Shown here: positions 30,671 to 40,379 of the stretch, in pieces | How positions within the stretch are numbered: the stretch's first letter is position 1 | Layout: each line of letters opens with the position of its first letter | DNA from: Cenarchaeum sp. | GTDB lineage: Archaea; Thermoproteota; Nitrososphaeria; Nitrososphaerales; Nitrosopumilaceae | Direction of reading: 5' to 3' | Assembly (NCBI GenBank): GCA_965242695.1 | Contig: CBDESU010000002.1 | Span: 288,001 to 352,000, forward strand | DNA: 64,000 nt | Position numbers and translations under genes: made by a program | The notes under the pieces: generated by a model | Databases searched by the model: none | The model's input: the letters and a program-made list of their open reading frames with translations, nothing else | Told to the model about the DNA's origin: nothing

Positions 30671-31600
30671 ATGGCAGGCAAGGCGGATCAACAGACTGTG
30701 GCACAGAACCAACCCGCGGCGAAAGCTCCGGACGCTGGTGATTGGCTTGAAGCCGCGCAGCAGGACATCGAAGTGATGGACATGTGCTACGATAAAGAGC
30801 ACTATGGGGCATCGGCCTACCACTGCCAGCAGGCGCTGGAGAAGACCGTAAAATTCATGGTTGTCAAATACCGGTTGATGGAAAATCCCGCGCATCTAAA
30901 TCATGATCTCATCAGGAAGCTGCTTCGCAGGTGGAAAAAGATGGGCTCGACGCAGAATGAGTGGGCAAACGATGCAATCTCAACGTCTTGCGACATGTTG
31001 GATGAAATTGTCAGAGGCTCACGAAGCTGCTCTAGGGAAGCCGGCAAAACTCGTGCTGAGGGCGCTCTCTCGCTCAAAGAGTGGATATGGGCCTACTCGC
31101 TTGGCATACCCGTGCCTAGGTCAGCGGTGGAGAGATTTCGCATCAGAATGGAAGCCCCGCCCCCACAGCTGATAAACAAATTCCTCGACCGGCATTTTTC
31201 AAAGAAGGCCAAAAATAGAATCCAGAAAAAGCTGAAAAAGGCCAGGGATAAAAAAGACAATAGCGCCATAATCACGACGGCGTATGAAGAGTGCGTCAGA
31301 ATTCTCTGGATCGAATTCCAAAGAAGGTACAAGCCGCATGCGGGCCGCAAACACCTCCCCGGAGAGGTTGCTGAAGCATGCCTGTTGCTCTGGATGATGG
31401 CAAACTTAGACACTTTGCTCAAGATCATTCCCCACGAGGAATACGGACGCTATCCCGATGTACTGGACAAAAAATCGTACGCCCAGTTGTACGTCGAATA
31501 CTCGAAGGGCCTCTTAGACCTAAAAGAATTGGTTCGTGGATCTATTAACGAGCTGCTCAAGATGATCGGGCGCGAACGGCGCGTTCAGATGGCTAAATGA
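30671..31600 (+). CDS. HEPN domain protein
   Basis: WLEAAQQDI...SAYHCQQALEKTVK...HDL and C-terminal GRYPD. Confidence 0.8.
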   Translation: MAGKADQQTVAQNQPAAKAPDAGDWLEAAQQDIEVMDMCYDKEHYGASAYHCQQALEKTVKFMVVKYRLMENPAHLNHDLIRKLLRRWKKMGSTQNEWANDAISTSCDMLDEIVRGSRSCSREAGKTRAEGALSLKEWIWAYSLGIPVPRSAVERFRIRMEAPPPQLINKFLDRHFSKKAKNRIQKKLKKARDKKDNSAIITTAYEECVRILWIEFQRRYKPHAGRKHLPGEVAEACLLLWMMANLDTLLKIIPHEEYGRYPDVLDKKSYAQLYVEYSKGLLDLKELVRGSINELLKMIGRERRVQMAK

Positions 31601-31798
31601 GGGACGCAAAGACATGTCCGCTGTGGTCAAGGGGCGCCCGGAGAGGCGATCGCCGTCTTGTCTGAGTTCGGGAAGATCCAGCCAGATGCAGAATGCCTGC
31701 GCGCCCCGCCCCAGCGCGCCCCGCCCCAGCGCGCCCCGCCCCGCCCGCGCGGTGGCCCACCGGCCAAGGCATAAAGGGCAGGGTTCCGGCCGCCTCAC

Positions 31799-32692
31799 GT
31801 GCAGGGCGACAAGGACGGCGGAGCAAAGGACTACGCCGACATGTTCAACAGGTTCTTCAGGGATGCTAGGCTGTCGAGCACGTACAAGCCGGTCCTTGTG
31901 GCTGCGCTCGTCGACATCAGCGGCGGGGGCGCGGGGGCGCCGCTGCCGGCCCGGGGAGAGTGGGCGCGCCGCGAGGGGGACCGCATGCGCGTGGACCTCA
32001 ACCTCGTGGCGGCGCTGTTTGCAAGGTTCTACTGGGACATGGCCGCCGGACTGGGATCGAGGCACATGCCGCCGCGCATGGCCGATCCCGACGATCCCGA
32101 CAAGGACGTGGTCATCGCAAGGCTGATCAAGGAAGAGCTGGAAAAGGAGAAGAGGAGGGATGCGTACAGAGACATGGCCGACGCCGACGGGGACCTTGCG
32201 GGTGGAGGGGCCGAGGAGTACCACAGCCGCGGCAGGCGCTCCCACGCCGGCGGCAGGCCGCCGACGCTGAAGGAGCTCGCCTCGGACGAGAAGGCGGGGT
32301 TCAGGAAAAAGGTCATCGACGATGCGATCAAGCCCGAGGCCCTCAAGCACCTGCTTACCGACATGGGGGACCTCTATACGATATGCCCCGACGAGGACGC
32401 CATATTGCTTGACGCGGGGGCCGCCGCACACATGGAGCGCAACGCCGCGACGATCAGGGCGGCGCTGGGCCACATGATCGTCAAGCGCCTAGAGGCGACC
32501 AACCCGTCGGCCCGGCACCAGGCCACCATGGCTGACCTGAGCGCCGAGTACGCCGCCAAGATTGTAAGGGTAAGGAAGCAGGAGGCCAGTGTTGCGCCGC
32601 AGGCGCCGCAGCGGGACGACATCAGCCCGCTCTACACGATGTCGCTCGACCTCGCCGCCGGCCTGGCTAGGCTGTCCAAGCCGAGGGAATAG
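31799..32692 (+). CDS. Protein resembling the N-terminal region of HNH-endonuclease-associated proteins; no HNH motif
   Basis: STYKPVLVAALVD and FARFYW motifs; no C-terminal HNH visible. Confidence 0.5.
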   Translation: MQGDKDGGAKDYADMFNRFFRDARLSSTYKPVLVAALVDISGGGAGAPLPARGEWARREGDRMRVDLNLVAALFARFYWDMAAGLGSRHMPPRMADPDDPDKDVVIARLIKEELEKEKRRDAYRDMADADGDLAGGGAEEYHSRGRRSHAGGRPPTLKELASDEKAGFRKKVIDDAIKPEALKHLLTDMGDLYTICPDEDAILLDAGAAAHMERNAATIRAALGHMIVKRLEATNPSARHQATMADLSAEYAAKIVRVRKQEASVAPQAPQRDDISPLYTMSLDLAAGLARLSKPRE

Positions 32693-32788
32693 GAGCCGCG
32701 GTAGCGGGGGCCCGAAGAGGCGGCCAGCGACGCCAATGGCGGGGCAGGGTGGCCGACTGTGGATCCGGAACGATCGGCGCAGGTGCGC

Positions 32789-33097
32789 CTATATTTTTAC
32801 TATTCGAAAGATGGTGTTCTTGTGCCTGTCGGCGTAGCCCCTGAACACCGTGTGCTGTGCGCGATCTGCATCGTACGAGTCCTCCGTCTCCACCTCGATT
32901 ATCTTCGTTGACCCTCCCTTTTTGGCTATGATGTCGGGGCGCCTACGGTTGCCGCCGTTGCGATCGCAGAGGGTGTCAGGGCTGGGATAGCCCGGCACGT
33001 CGGCGCTTACGCTGTAGCCGTCGCCGGCCAGCCTGTCGGCGATGCGCTTTACCTCCCTGTCGTGCCTAGACTGGCCTGACGCGGTACGGCTGGCCAT
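32789..33097 (-). CDS. Small PD-(D/E)XK-like nuclease
   Basis: HDREV...RRPDIIAKKGGSTKIIEVET. Confidence 0.65.
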   Translation of the reverse strand: MASRTASGQSRHDREVKRIADRLAGDGYSVSADVPGYPSPDTLCDRNGGNRRRPDIIAKKGGSTKIIEVETEDSYDADRAQHTVFRGYADRHKNTIFRIVKI

Positions 33098-33402
33098 CAG
33101 GATTCACCACACGGCGGGGATGTTGAGCCTCTTACATCCTGCTCTATGCTCCTTCTGTAGTCGGCGCCATGGTTGCCCGTGTACAGGACTGCGAATGCTC
33201 GCCGGCCCTCGGTGTTCCGCGTCCAGCACCGCTCGCGGTTGTGGTTGGCTATCCTCGTGGCGACCTCGCTGGACTCGCCGACATCGATGCAGCTGTACGA
33301 TCCATCGTTCTTCGCATCCAAGACGACGTAAATGCCCGGCCGGTCGTCAAGCGCACTCTCGTTGTACGGGCCCTCAAACTCCCAGCTGCCTATTCTCAAC
33401 AT
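33097..33402 (-). CDS. Small GIY-YIG-like protein
   Basis: PGIYVVL...IDVGESSEVATRIANH; TTAAATATA box at 33423-33431. Confidence 0.7.
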   Translation of the reverse strand: MLRIGSWEFEGPYNESALDDRPGIYVVLDAKNDGSYSCIDVGESSEVATRIANHNRERCWTRNTEGRRAFAVLYTGNHGADYRRSIEQDVRGSTSPPCGES

Positions 33403-33520
33403 AAGGGGCGGGCGCCAGGAAGTATATTTAAGTCTACTGATCGACGATATGACGCCTGCGATCGTGCATAGCATGCCCAAAAGCAGGGCGCCCCAACGCC
33501 CGCGCAGGCCGCCACGCCCC

Positions 33521-34759
33521 CTACCCCTCCGCGCTCCCCGCCGCCCCGGCCCTGACGATCCCGGCCAGGTCCTCGTCGCTCACGTCGTGCGACGAGGACA
33601 GGCACGTCATGGCGACCGCCGCCATGGCCCTGTCGTGCACCCTCTCGTACTCCTCGCCGCCCCCGATGCTCCTGTGCAGCGCGACGGACGCAAGGTACAC
33701 GCACAGCCCGAACCTGGCGTCTATCAGCTCCGCCTCGGCCCCCTTCCTGCCCCCCTTGAACTCCTCCAGGTACGAGCAGTTGCGGTTGACGCGCACCGTA
33801 CTGCCGGCGACGGCCGACACGGTCCTTCCGTTCCACCCCCACTCGCCCCACATCTCCCTCACGACCCACTCAAAGCGCGGCGCCTCCACGCCCCCTCCTC
33901 CCCCCCTGCGGCGGCCGCGGCCGTCCCTCTTGTCGCCGGCGCCCTCCTTCCCGGTGTCGAGGCGCAGCTGTACTGCGCACGCGCGCGGCCCGGCGGCCGG
34001 ACGAGCGGGCGGTGCGTCCAAGCCGCCGGACATCCCGCAACCGCCTCCCCTGGAGGCCACCTTGGACTTGGCTACGCCGCCGAAGGGGCCGCGCGGCGCG
34101 CCCTTGACCGCCCCGGAGCTCGGCGCGCCGATCGAGCCGGCGGTGCGGGCGGCGAACAGAACGCCCCGGCCCAAGCCCGCCTGCCCGCCGCCTCCCGCGG
34201 CCGCATTGATCCCGGCCATCCTGCGCGTCGCCGGCGAGCACTCCCGCCTTATGATGCGGGCAAGATCTTCCTCGTTGCGGCGCGACAGCACGGTGCCGGC
34301 CCAGCCAACGCACTCCTCCGGCTCGGCGCCCGGCGGCAGGTTTGCCGGCCACAGCCAGACCCACCATGCATGGCCGTCCGTGACCGCGCCGATCCACTCG
34401 CGCCGGCCCATGCCGCCGTCCGAGTAGAACCTCCACTGGCGCCTCTCGCCCTCCACGTACCGGCCAACCTGCTCGTACGCCGACTCGCAGCGGCCCGATC
34501 CCGTGCCCCTTTCGTACGGCCCCTTGGAGAGCCTCCCCTGGCGCTTGACCTCTATTATGACGCGCTTGTCGAGGAGGTAGAGGTCCATCCGGCCGGGCGG
34601 GCGGATCGCGCCGCCGGCCGGCCGCTCCTCCGCCCTGATGTGGGCGTCCGGTATGCCGATCTCGCGGAGTCGGGAGCGCACGTGGTAAACTGAATCCGCC
34701 TCTTTGTGCAGGAAAGCCGGCGGCAGGGGAGCCGCGGCGCGCCGGCCCCGGGCGCTCAT
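33521..34759 (-). CDS. HsdR_N/type IIG-like restriction nuclease domain protein
   Basis: AEE...GRMDLYL...IIEVKR...YEQVGRY...GAVTDGHAW; unrelated C-terminal domain. Confidence 0.65.
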   Translation of the reverse strand: MSARGRRAAAPLPPAFLHKEADSVYHVRSRLREIGIPDAHIRAEERPAGGAIRPPGRMDLYLLDKRVIIEVKRQGRLSKGPYERGTGSGRCESAYEQVGRYVEGERRQWRFYSDGGMGRREWIGAVTDGHAWWVWLWPANLPPGAEPEECVGWAGTVLSRRNEEDLARIIRRECSPATRRMAGINAAAGGGGQAGLGRGVLFAARTAGSIGAPSSGAVKGAPRGPFGGVAKSKVASRGGGCGMSGGLDAPPARPAAGPRACAVQLRLDTGKEGAGDKRDGRGRRRGGGGGVEAPRFEWVVREMWGEWGWNGRTVSAVAGSTVRVNRNCSYLEEFKGGRKGAEAELIDARFGLCVYLASVALHRSIGGGEEYERVHDRAMAAVAMTCLSSSHDVSDEDLAGIVRAGAAGSAEG

Positions 34760-35499
34760 GCCGCCGCGCACGGCCCGATCCACCCCCTGCATGCCCCGGT
34801 AGCGTCGTCTGTACGGACATGCAGGGTCTCCACACGCATGCGGTCCGCGGGGACAAAGCGAAAGCCCGGCAGGGGAGTCGTCTCCGCCAGGACGGCGGCC
34901 GAGCCGCACGCATAGGAGAGCGGCGGCGCCGGCCCCGCCTGCAGCGCGTTGACAACGTGCCCGTCGTCCGTCTCGAACACGAGGGATGCCATCCTGCCGA
35001 ACATTGCGGCGGCCCCCGGCGCCGCGCCGCATTCGTAGGGCAGGGGATGCCCGCCCACGACGCGGGCGATCCTAGAGCCGTTCCGCATGCGGCGCCGCAG
35101 CCATTCCTGCTCAAGGAATCGAACAAGGCATGCGAAGGGGCGGCCGGGCGGCGCCCGCATCAGCATCCAGCCACTGCCGGGCGCCATCTCCCGCCAGCCC
35201 GGCGAGACGAGGATCAGCACCGCCTCGCCCGCGCTGTAGCGGCCGGCAGCGGCGGCGGCCTGCCGGCAGCGCCAGACATGGCGGATCATGCCGGCCGGCC
35301 CCTCCCATTGCCCGCAAGAGCAGCACCTTGCCCGCCGTGGCGCGCAGGAACCGCCCCACGCGGTGGCCCCTGCGCCGCAGCCGAGTCCCCCTGCGCCGCC
35401 CCTGCCCACTGCGTTCTGCTCCGCTCCCGCCGCGCCGGCGCCCTGCCCGGCATGCTCCTCGCCGCTGCGCGGTGCGAACCGGGGTGCGTCTCTTGCCAT
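34756..35499 (-). CDS. Hypothetical Cys-containing protein (possibly degenerate)
   Basis: CSC...MIRHVWRC, FLEQEWL; ATGA overlap with the downstream gene; start uncertain. Confidence 0.4.
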   Translation of the reverse strand: MARDAPRFAPRSGEEHAGQGAGAAGAEQNAVGRGGAGGLGCGAGATAWGGSCAPRRARCCSCGQWEGPAGMIRHVWRCRQAAAAAGRYSAGEAVLILVSPGWREMAPGSGWMLMRAPPGRPFACLVRFLEQEWLRRRMRNGSRIARVVGGHPLPYECGAAPGAAAMFGRMASLVFETDDGHVVNALQAGPAPPLSYACGSAAVLAETTPLPGFRFVPADRMRVETLHVRTDDATGACRGWIGPCAAA

Positions 35500-35700
35500 G
35501 CAGCCGCGGGCGGGCCGGCTGCATATGACGTGTTCTTGGATCTGTGGTGTCAGCTTGGGCACGGCGTTGCCTGCAACGTCGGGACAGGGTGCCTCCCATG
35601 TCGACCTGAGGCGGCGATCGCGGCCGGTGGCAGGCCCCGGGCACGCATCCACTGCATGTCCGCCAGACGGCTGTAGTGCGGCGGCCGGCGACCAGACCGT

Positions 35701-36192
35701 CTACGATCCCGCTCGTCCACCCCCGCGCACGTAGCAGCCGCGACGGTCGTCAAGATGGCGGCCCGCCAGGCGTCCCTGTAGCCGATCGATGCGGCCGTCA
35801 AGCTCCCCGACCATCTTGTCGCGCTTGTCCTGCGGGACGGCGTCGAACGTATGGGCGCTGGGGCTGCCCCCGGCCCGTGACACCCACTTCTCGACAAGGT
35901 GGGGATTGCATTCAATGGCTGCGTACAGGTGCGTGTACGAGCTGAGGTACTGCTTGTTGTACATTTCCTGGTGGTCCACAAACACGACGTTGTTCTGGGC
36001 GGCGGCCCTAAGCACAAGGGACGCCTCCCTGCCCCTTGAAGACAGGCCCGCATCCTCCAAGAGCTGCCCCAGCGGGATGCTGTCTACGCCTTTGACGGCG
36101 CACCGCACGGCGGCGAGCTCCAGCAGCGTCCTGCGAAGGACGAGGGGGGAGGCATCCTCAAGCCCGTCCATGTCGGAAAATATCGTTCCCAT
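35701..36192 (-). CDS. Hypothetical protein
   Basis: Ordinary globular composition from MGTIFSD; TATAT box about 25 nt upstream. Confidence 0.6.
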   Translation of the reverse strand: MGTIFSDMDGLEDASPLVLRRTLLELAAVRCAVKGVDSIPLGQLLEDAGLSSRGREASLVLRAAAQNNVVFVDHQEMYNKQYLSSYTHLYAAIECNPHLVEKWVSRAGGSPSAHTFDAVPQDKRDKMVGELDGRIDRLQGRLAGRHLDDRRGCYVRGGGRAGS

Positions 36193-36798
36193 GAGGGGCG
36201 CGGCGCAAGGCGGCCATATAGGCCGTTCGCCTGCCGCCTGGGCGCAGGTCCGGCGGGCGGCGCGACACTCCGCCTTCTCACGGCCCCCGCAGCGGCAGGC
36301 AGTCCGCAGCGCGCCGAGCCTGCCGCCCCGTCCGCACATGCGGCAGACGGCGGGCGCGGGCAGTCCGGCGGCGGCTAGCCTTGGCCGCCGCTGTCGTCGG
36401 ACTCTTGCGCAGCCTTCGTGACCTCGCCGCCAAGCGAACGGCGGCGGCGGCGCCGGGGCGCCTCTTCCTCTGGCATTCGGGCAGGCCCCGCATTGCCGGC
36501 GATATACGGGTTGCGGCCGGCCCGGTGGCGGGCTTCTGTCGATCTTCGGCTTGACGCGGTTGCGGTGCAGAGTCCGCCGTCCTGCTGTTTGCATGGCTGT
36601 ACACTTGCGTTCAGGGGCCGAGATGGGCCGCCGCCGCCCGCCAAGGCGCCAAGCACAATGCCGCTACAGGACGGGGCGATCGCCTCGCATCCAAGGCCGT
36701 AACCAGGCAAGCCGCGCCGCATGCTGCTTGGCGGGGCAGGGGCGCGATCGGTGCGGTCGCCGCGGCGGCCCCATGATGACAGGACATCGTGGTCCGGG

Positions 36799-36894
36799 CA
36801 CGCGCGGGTGGTCGTATGCTGGCAGCTGCCGGTCCCGGGCTTGCCGTACGCGGGGAGGTTCGGCCGACACGCGCGGGTGGTCGTATGCTGGCAG
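36799..36894. repeat. Two identical 27-bp direct repeats, 69-bp period
   Basis: CACGCGCGGGTGGTCGTATGCTGGCAG at 36799 and 36868. Confidence 0.85.
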
Positions 36895-37064
36895 TGTCAT
36901 CTATCGCAGCCGGGAAGCGGCGGGCCCCGCAGCATGATGCGCCATCCCGCGCCGCGCGCCGCGCGCCGCGCGCCGCGCGCGCACATATGCTGCAAGAGCG
37001 CTGGCGGCGCTGGCGCCGAACCTGCACGCCCCAAGGCCGCATATGTTGGGCCGTGGGGGAATCA

Positions 37065-37380
37065 CGGCGCCGCTGTGCCGTGTGCGGACGCCCGGCCGCG
37101 GCTAGTCCCGGCGCTCGCCTGAGCCAGCTACCACGTGTATGATTTCGCCGCCAATCCGAGTGCGGCGGCGCCGCTGTGCCGTGTGCGGACGCCCGGCCGC
37201 GGCTAGTCCCGGCGCTCGCCTGAGCCAGCTACCACGTGTATGATTTCGCCGCCAATCCGAGTGCGGCGGCGCCGCTGTGCCGTGTGCAGACGCCCGGCCG
37301 CGGCTAGTCCCGGCGCTCGCCTGAGCCAGCTACCACGTGTATGATTTCGCCGCCAATCCGAGTGCGGCGGCGCCGCTGTG
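37065..37380. repeat. 101-bp tandem repeat, 3 copies plus a partial copy
   Basis: Units start at 37065, 37166, 37267 and 37368; near-identical. Confidence 0.92.
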
Positions 37381-37455
37381 GACGCTTGTCCTTTTTCTCG
37401 CCGCTCAACGGGCTAGCGCGCAACGTTCATAATATAGGCATTGCGGTTCGGGCGC

Positions 37456-38046
37456 GTGGCCGAGGCAGACGACAATGCAGGGGAGTCCGGGGAGCCGGCA
37501 AAGCCGCCTTGCCGCGATCGCACAAAAATTCCAAGAGAGCTTTATGATGAGGTGCGACGCGGGTTCCACTTCCACGACGATGCAAACACGAGCCTGGATA
37601 AAAAGGCGCAAAACCTGATGCTTGCAACTGCGCTAGTGGCTGCGCTGTTCGCAACTATAACCATAGGCGGCGTATCGAGCCGCCCGGACCAGGATCCTGC
37701 ATGGTTGGCCGCGGCGATCGCCTTCATGGCCGGCATGGTCGCGACCATCGGGTTGTGCGTATGGGTCAACTTTCCGCAACCCCAGCCCGTGTTGATTGTC
37801 GGGGGCAAGCTGCTGCGCAGCGACAGGCTTGACGACGAGGTGTATGAAGAGGTGGTCGGAGGCGGGGAGGAAGAGTACTACAAGGCGCGGATCGAAGAGT
37901 GCGCGCAGGCCTTGACCAAGCAGGAGCGCATAAACAGGAAAAAGGCCAGAGTGCTGCGCGCGGCATATGTTGCGTTTGCCGTGTCTGTTGTCGGGGTCGT
38001 CGTGGGGCTATTTTTTGCGATCGCATCGGTCGTCGGGTACGGCTAG
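37456..38046 (+). CDS. 3-TM membrane protein, Pycsar-effector-like
   Basis: LDKKAQNLM-TM-TM...INRKKARVLRAAY-TM layout; TAATATA at 37430-37436. Confidence 0.65.
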   Translation: MAEADDNAGESGEPAKPPCRDRTKIPRELYDEVRRGFHFHDDANTSLDKKAQNLMLATALVAALFATITIGGVSSRPDQDPAWLAAAIAFMAGMVATIGLCVWVNFPQPQPVLIVGGKLLRSDRLDDEVYEEVVGGGEEEYYKARIEECAQALTKQERINRKKARVLRAAYVAFAVSVVGVVVGLFFAIASVVGYG

Positions 38047-38540
38047 GCGCCCCAAGCGCGCGGCGCAGGCGGCGCAGGCGGCTCCGGCCCCTCCATCTTC
38101 CCCCCCTCCCCGCCCGGCCTGCGCCGCGCCGACCCCGTGATCCCGCCCAAGCCCTCGCCGCCCGCGCCGCGCGAGGAGGACGGGCGCGTCGTGGCGACCG
38201 CCGCCGCGGCCCTGTCGCGGATACACTCACGCCCTTCACCGTCCCCGGTCCCCCGTGCAACGCGACGGATGGAAGGTACGCGCACAGCCCGAGCCTAGCG
38301 CCTCCCGCTCCGCCCCGGCCCCCCTTGGACTCAAGGCACGCGCAACGGCGGTCGACGCGGGCGGCGGCGGCTGATACGTCCTCTTGTTCTGGCCCGCCCG
38401 CCCTGCCTGTCCCCCGCGGCCGCCCGAAGCGCGGCTCTTCACCCCGGCCGCTGTCCGCCACCTCCGCACCCGCCGCGCCTACTGCATCGCGCGCCAATCG
38501 CTCGATCGACAAGTATCGATTCTGCCGCTCCCTCACCCCC
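38043..38540 (-). pseudogene. Frameshifted copy of the C-terminal domain of 33521-34759
   Basis: ARLGLCAYLPSVALH vs ARFGLCVYLASVALH; DNA similarity to about 33560-33900. Confidence 0.6.
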
Positions 38541-38771
38541 TCCCCCCACGACGCTGTCTGCCTGCCCGCCGTCGCCTGCTGGAGGCGGCCCCGCCGCGGA
38601 TGCCGTCAGACATCTGAGCATGCCGGCGGGGGCCCCGTCTGTGTCCATTCCCTCATTTCTTGACCCATTTGCCGCGCGGGCCTTGTCGCGCGGCATGCCA
38701 AGGCCCAACAGTCGATGCGGTCAAGCCCCGTGTCATACGACGCGCCATCTTCGGTCGGGGCGGCGGGCGCA

Positions 38772-39062
38772 TCACTCGTCGCCATGCCGGCCGCGGCTGC
38801 CGTTGCCGTCGTCTAGTCCAGAGCGGTCGTACAGGGCCTTTACCATGCGCTCAATGTTTGCGATGCGCCTGTCCCTCATTGTGCTCCAAATGGCAACCAC
38901 CAGTACGATCAAGGCCCCCATGATGCTAGCCGCTCCAAAGTCTGCAATCTCTGGATCCAGCGTGGGCCAAATGACGAGCAGTCCGATAAAATGGATGCCC
39001 ACTATTGCGGAGCCCAGCAGTATAAAATGCAGCACGGCCGTGCTGTCGTCGCTGAGGCGCAT
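38772..39062 (-). CDS. Small two-TM membrane protein
   Basis: Two hydrophobic helices; CTAAATA box upstream. Confidence 0.6.
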   Translation of the reverse strand: MRLSDDSTAVLHFILLGSAIVGIHFIGLLVIWPTLDPEIADFGAASIMGALIVLVVAIWSTMRDRRIANIERMVKALYDRSGLDDGNGSRGRHGDE

Positions 39063-39663
39063 GCACCGGATAGCGCAGTGAGCCGTATTTAGGTTCGACG
39101 GCCGGCGCGGCGGGAGTGCGGTGGGGGCAGGACGGAGGCCTTGCAGCTGCGTCCGGCCGGGGCAGTGGAAGGATCGCCTCGGGGATGGAGGCGGGCTCGA
39201 TCGTGTCAACCGGGATCAGGGCCGAACCGAAGAAGACGCGGGCAACAGGGGGCCGCGCATGGCGCGCCCGTCGCCACGGGGCGCGGCCCGCCAACCGGCT
39301 GCATTGGCGGTTCGGTCAGGCGAGTGCAAGGGCAGGCTTGCCTGCGCTGCCGAATATGCAGGGGGAACCGGCGATGGACGCCGCTTCCCGATCTTCGGCA
39401 TGGCGACGAGGAGGCGCCAGGAAGGGCAAGTGGCGTTGCCAGCGGCAGGTACGATTCGCGCCCGCTGCGCCTGCACGAGCACACTGAAAAGTTCTCGGAG
39501 TTCGGCTGAATTATGCTCACGCTCGCCGGGGGTGGCCGATACCTAAACGTCGACAAGGGCTGGCATCGGTCACCGAGCCCAGCGTGCCGTAGGGCACGGC
39601 CACCAACTTTCCACACCGCATCGACTACTCCTGCAACTCCACCGCCAACACAGCCATCGTGTG

Positions 39664-40239
39664 TCACGGCTGAACTGCAAATGTATTTATAACCACGACA
39701 ATGGCAGCAAAACCTGTCATTGCAAACATAGTATACGCAATTGTCAAGAGCCACCCCTTACGCTCGTTTGTTTTTACTAACTTCTCAAGTGCACGAGCGT
39801 ATTCTACGATAAGCGACTTGTAAAAGGCCTCTTCATTTTTGAGCGAATTTGCATACGTCTCCTCGTCAAGCTTGCCGGAACGCAGCAACCGCCCCTCCAT
39901 AATCTGTACACGATAAAATGATGGACTGTTGATAGCTATAGAAAGCCCGATCGTTATAATGGCACCCGTTCCAAAAAGGCAGATCATGAGTTCGATCAGT
40001 TGCCAATTTAGTCGATCTGTTGGGCTCGTCGTGATCACGGTAACGAATAGGGTTGCTATGACCGCCAACGCAATCATGAGGTTTTGCGCCTTCTTTCCCA
40101 TGTTCACACCCGCATTGTCATGAATCCGGAACAGGTCTTTTACTTCTTCGCAGACCCGTCTCGATGGTGATTGTGGATCCTGCCCAGCTTGTCCTGCCGG
40201 CGCCGCCGCATCTGCCGGCCTGCGATCATCCCTGTCCAC
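39664..40239 (-). CDS. 3-TM membrane protein, paralog of 37456-38046
   Basis: GKKAQNLM, LLRSGKLDEE, FYKSLI, TNERKG; same upstream TAATATAG...TTGCGG element. Confidence 0.65.
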   Translation of the reverse strand: MDRDDRRPADAAAPAGQAGQDPQSPSRRVCEEVKDLFRIHDNAGVNMGKKAQNLMIALAVIATLFVTVITTSPTDRLNWQLIELMICLFGTGAIITIGLSIAINSPSFYRVQIMEGRLLRSGKLDEETYANSLKNEEAFYKSLIVEYARALEKLVKTNERKGWLLTIAYTMFAMTGFAAIVVVINTFAVQP

Positions 40240-40379
40240 AAAGCCGAGCCGCAACCAGCTCTATATTAATGCCTGGAGGCCCGGCCGTGAAGGCTCAAGC
40301 CTCAAGGTGCGTCGGGGCGGTCGCCTTGGCGGCGACGCCGCATCCGGTGCCGGAGCGATCTACTCCGTGCCGCCTCGTT

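Noticed and set aside
37065-37380. Possible CRISPR array
   Set aside because: Whole units are identical, with no unique spacers
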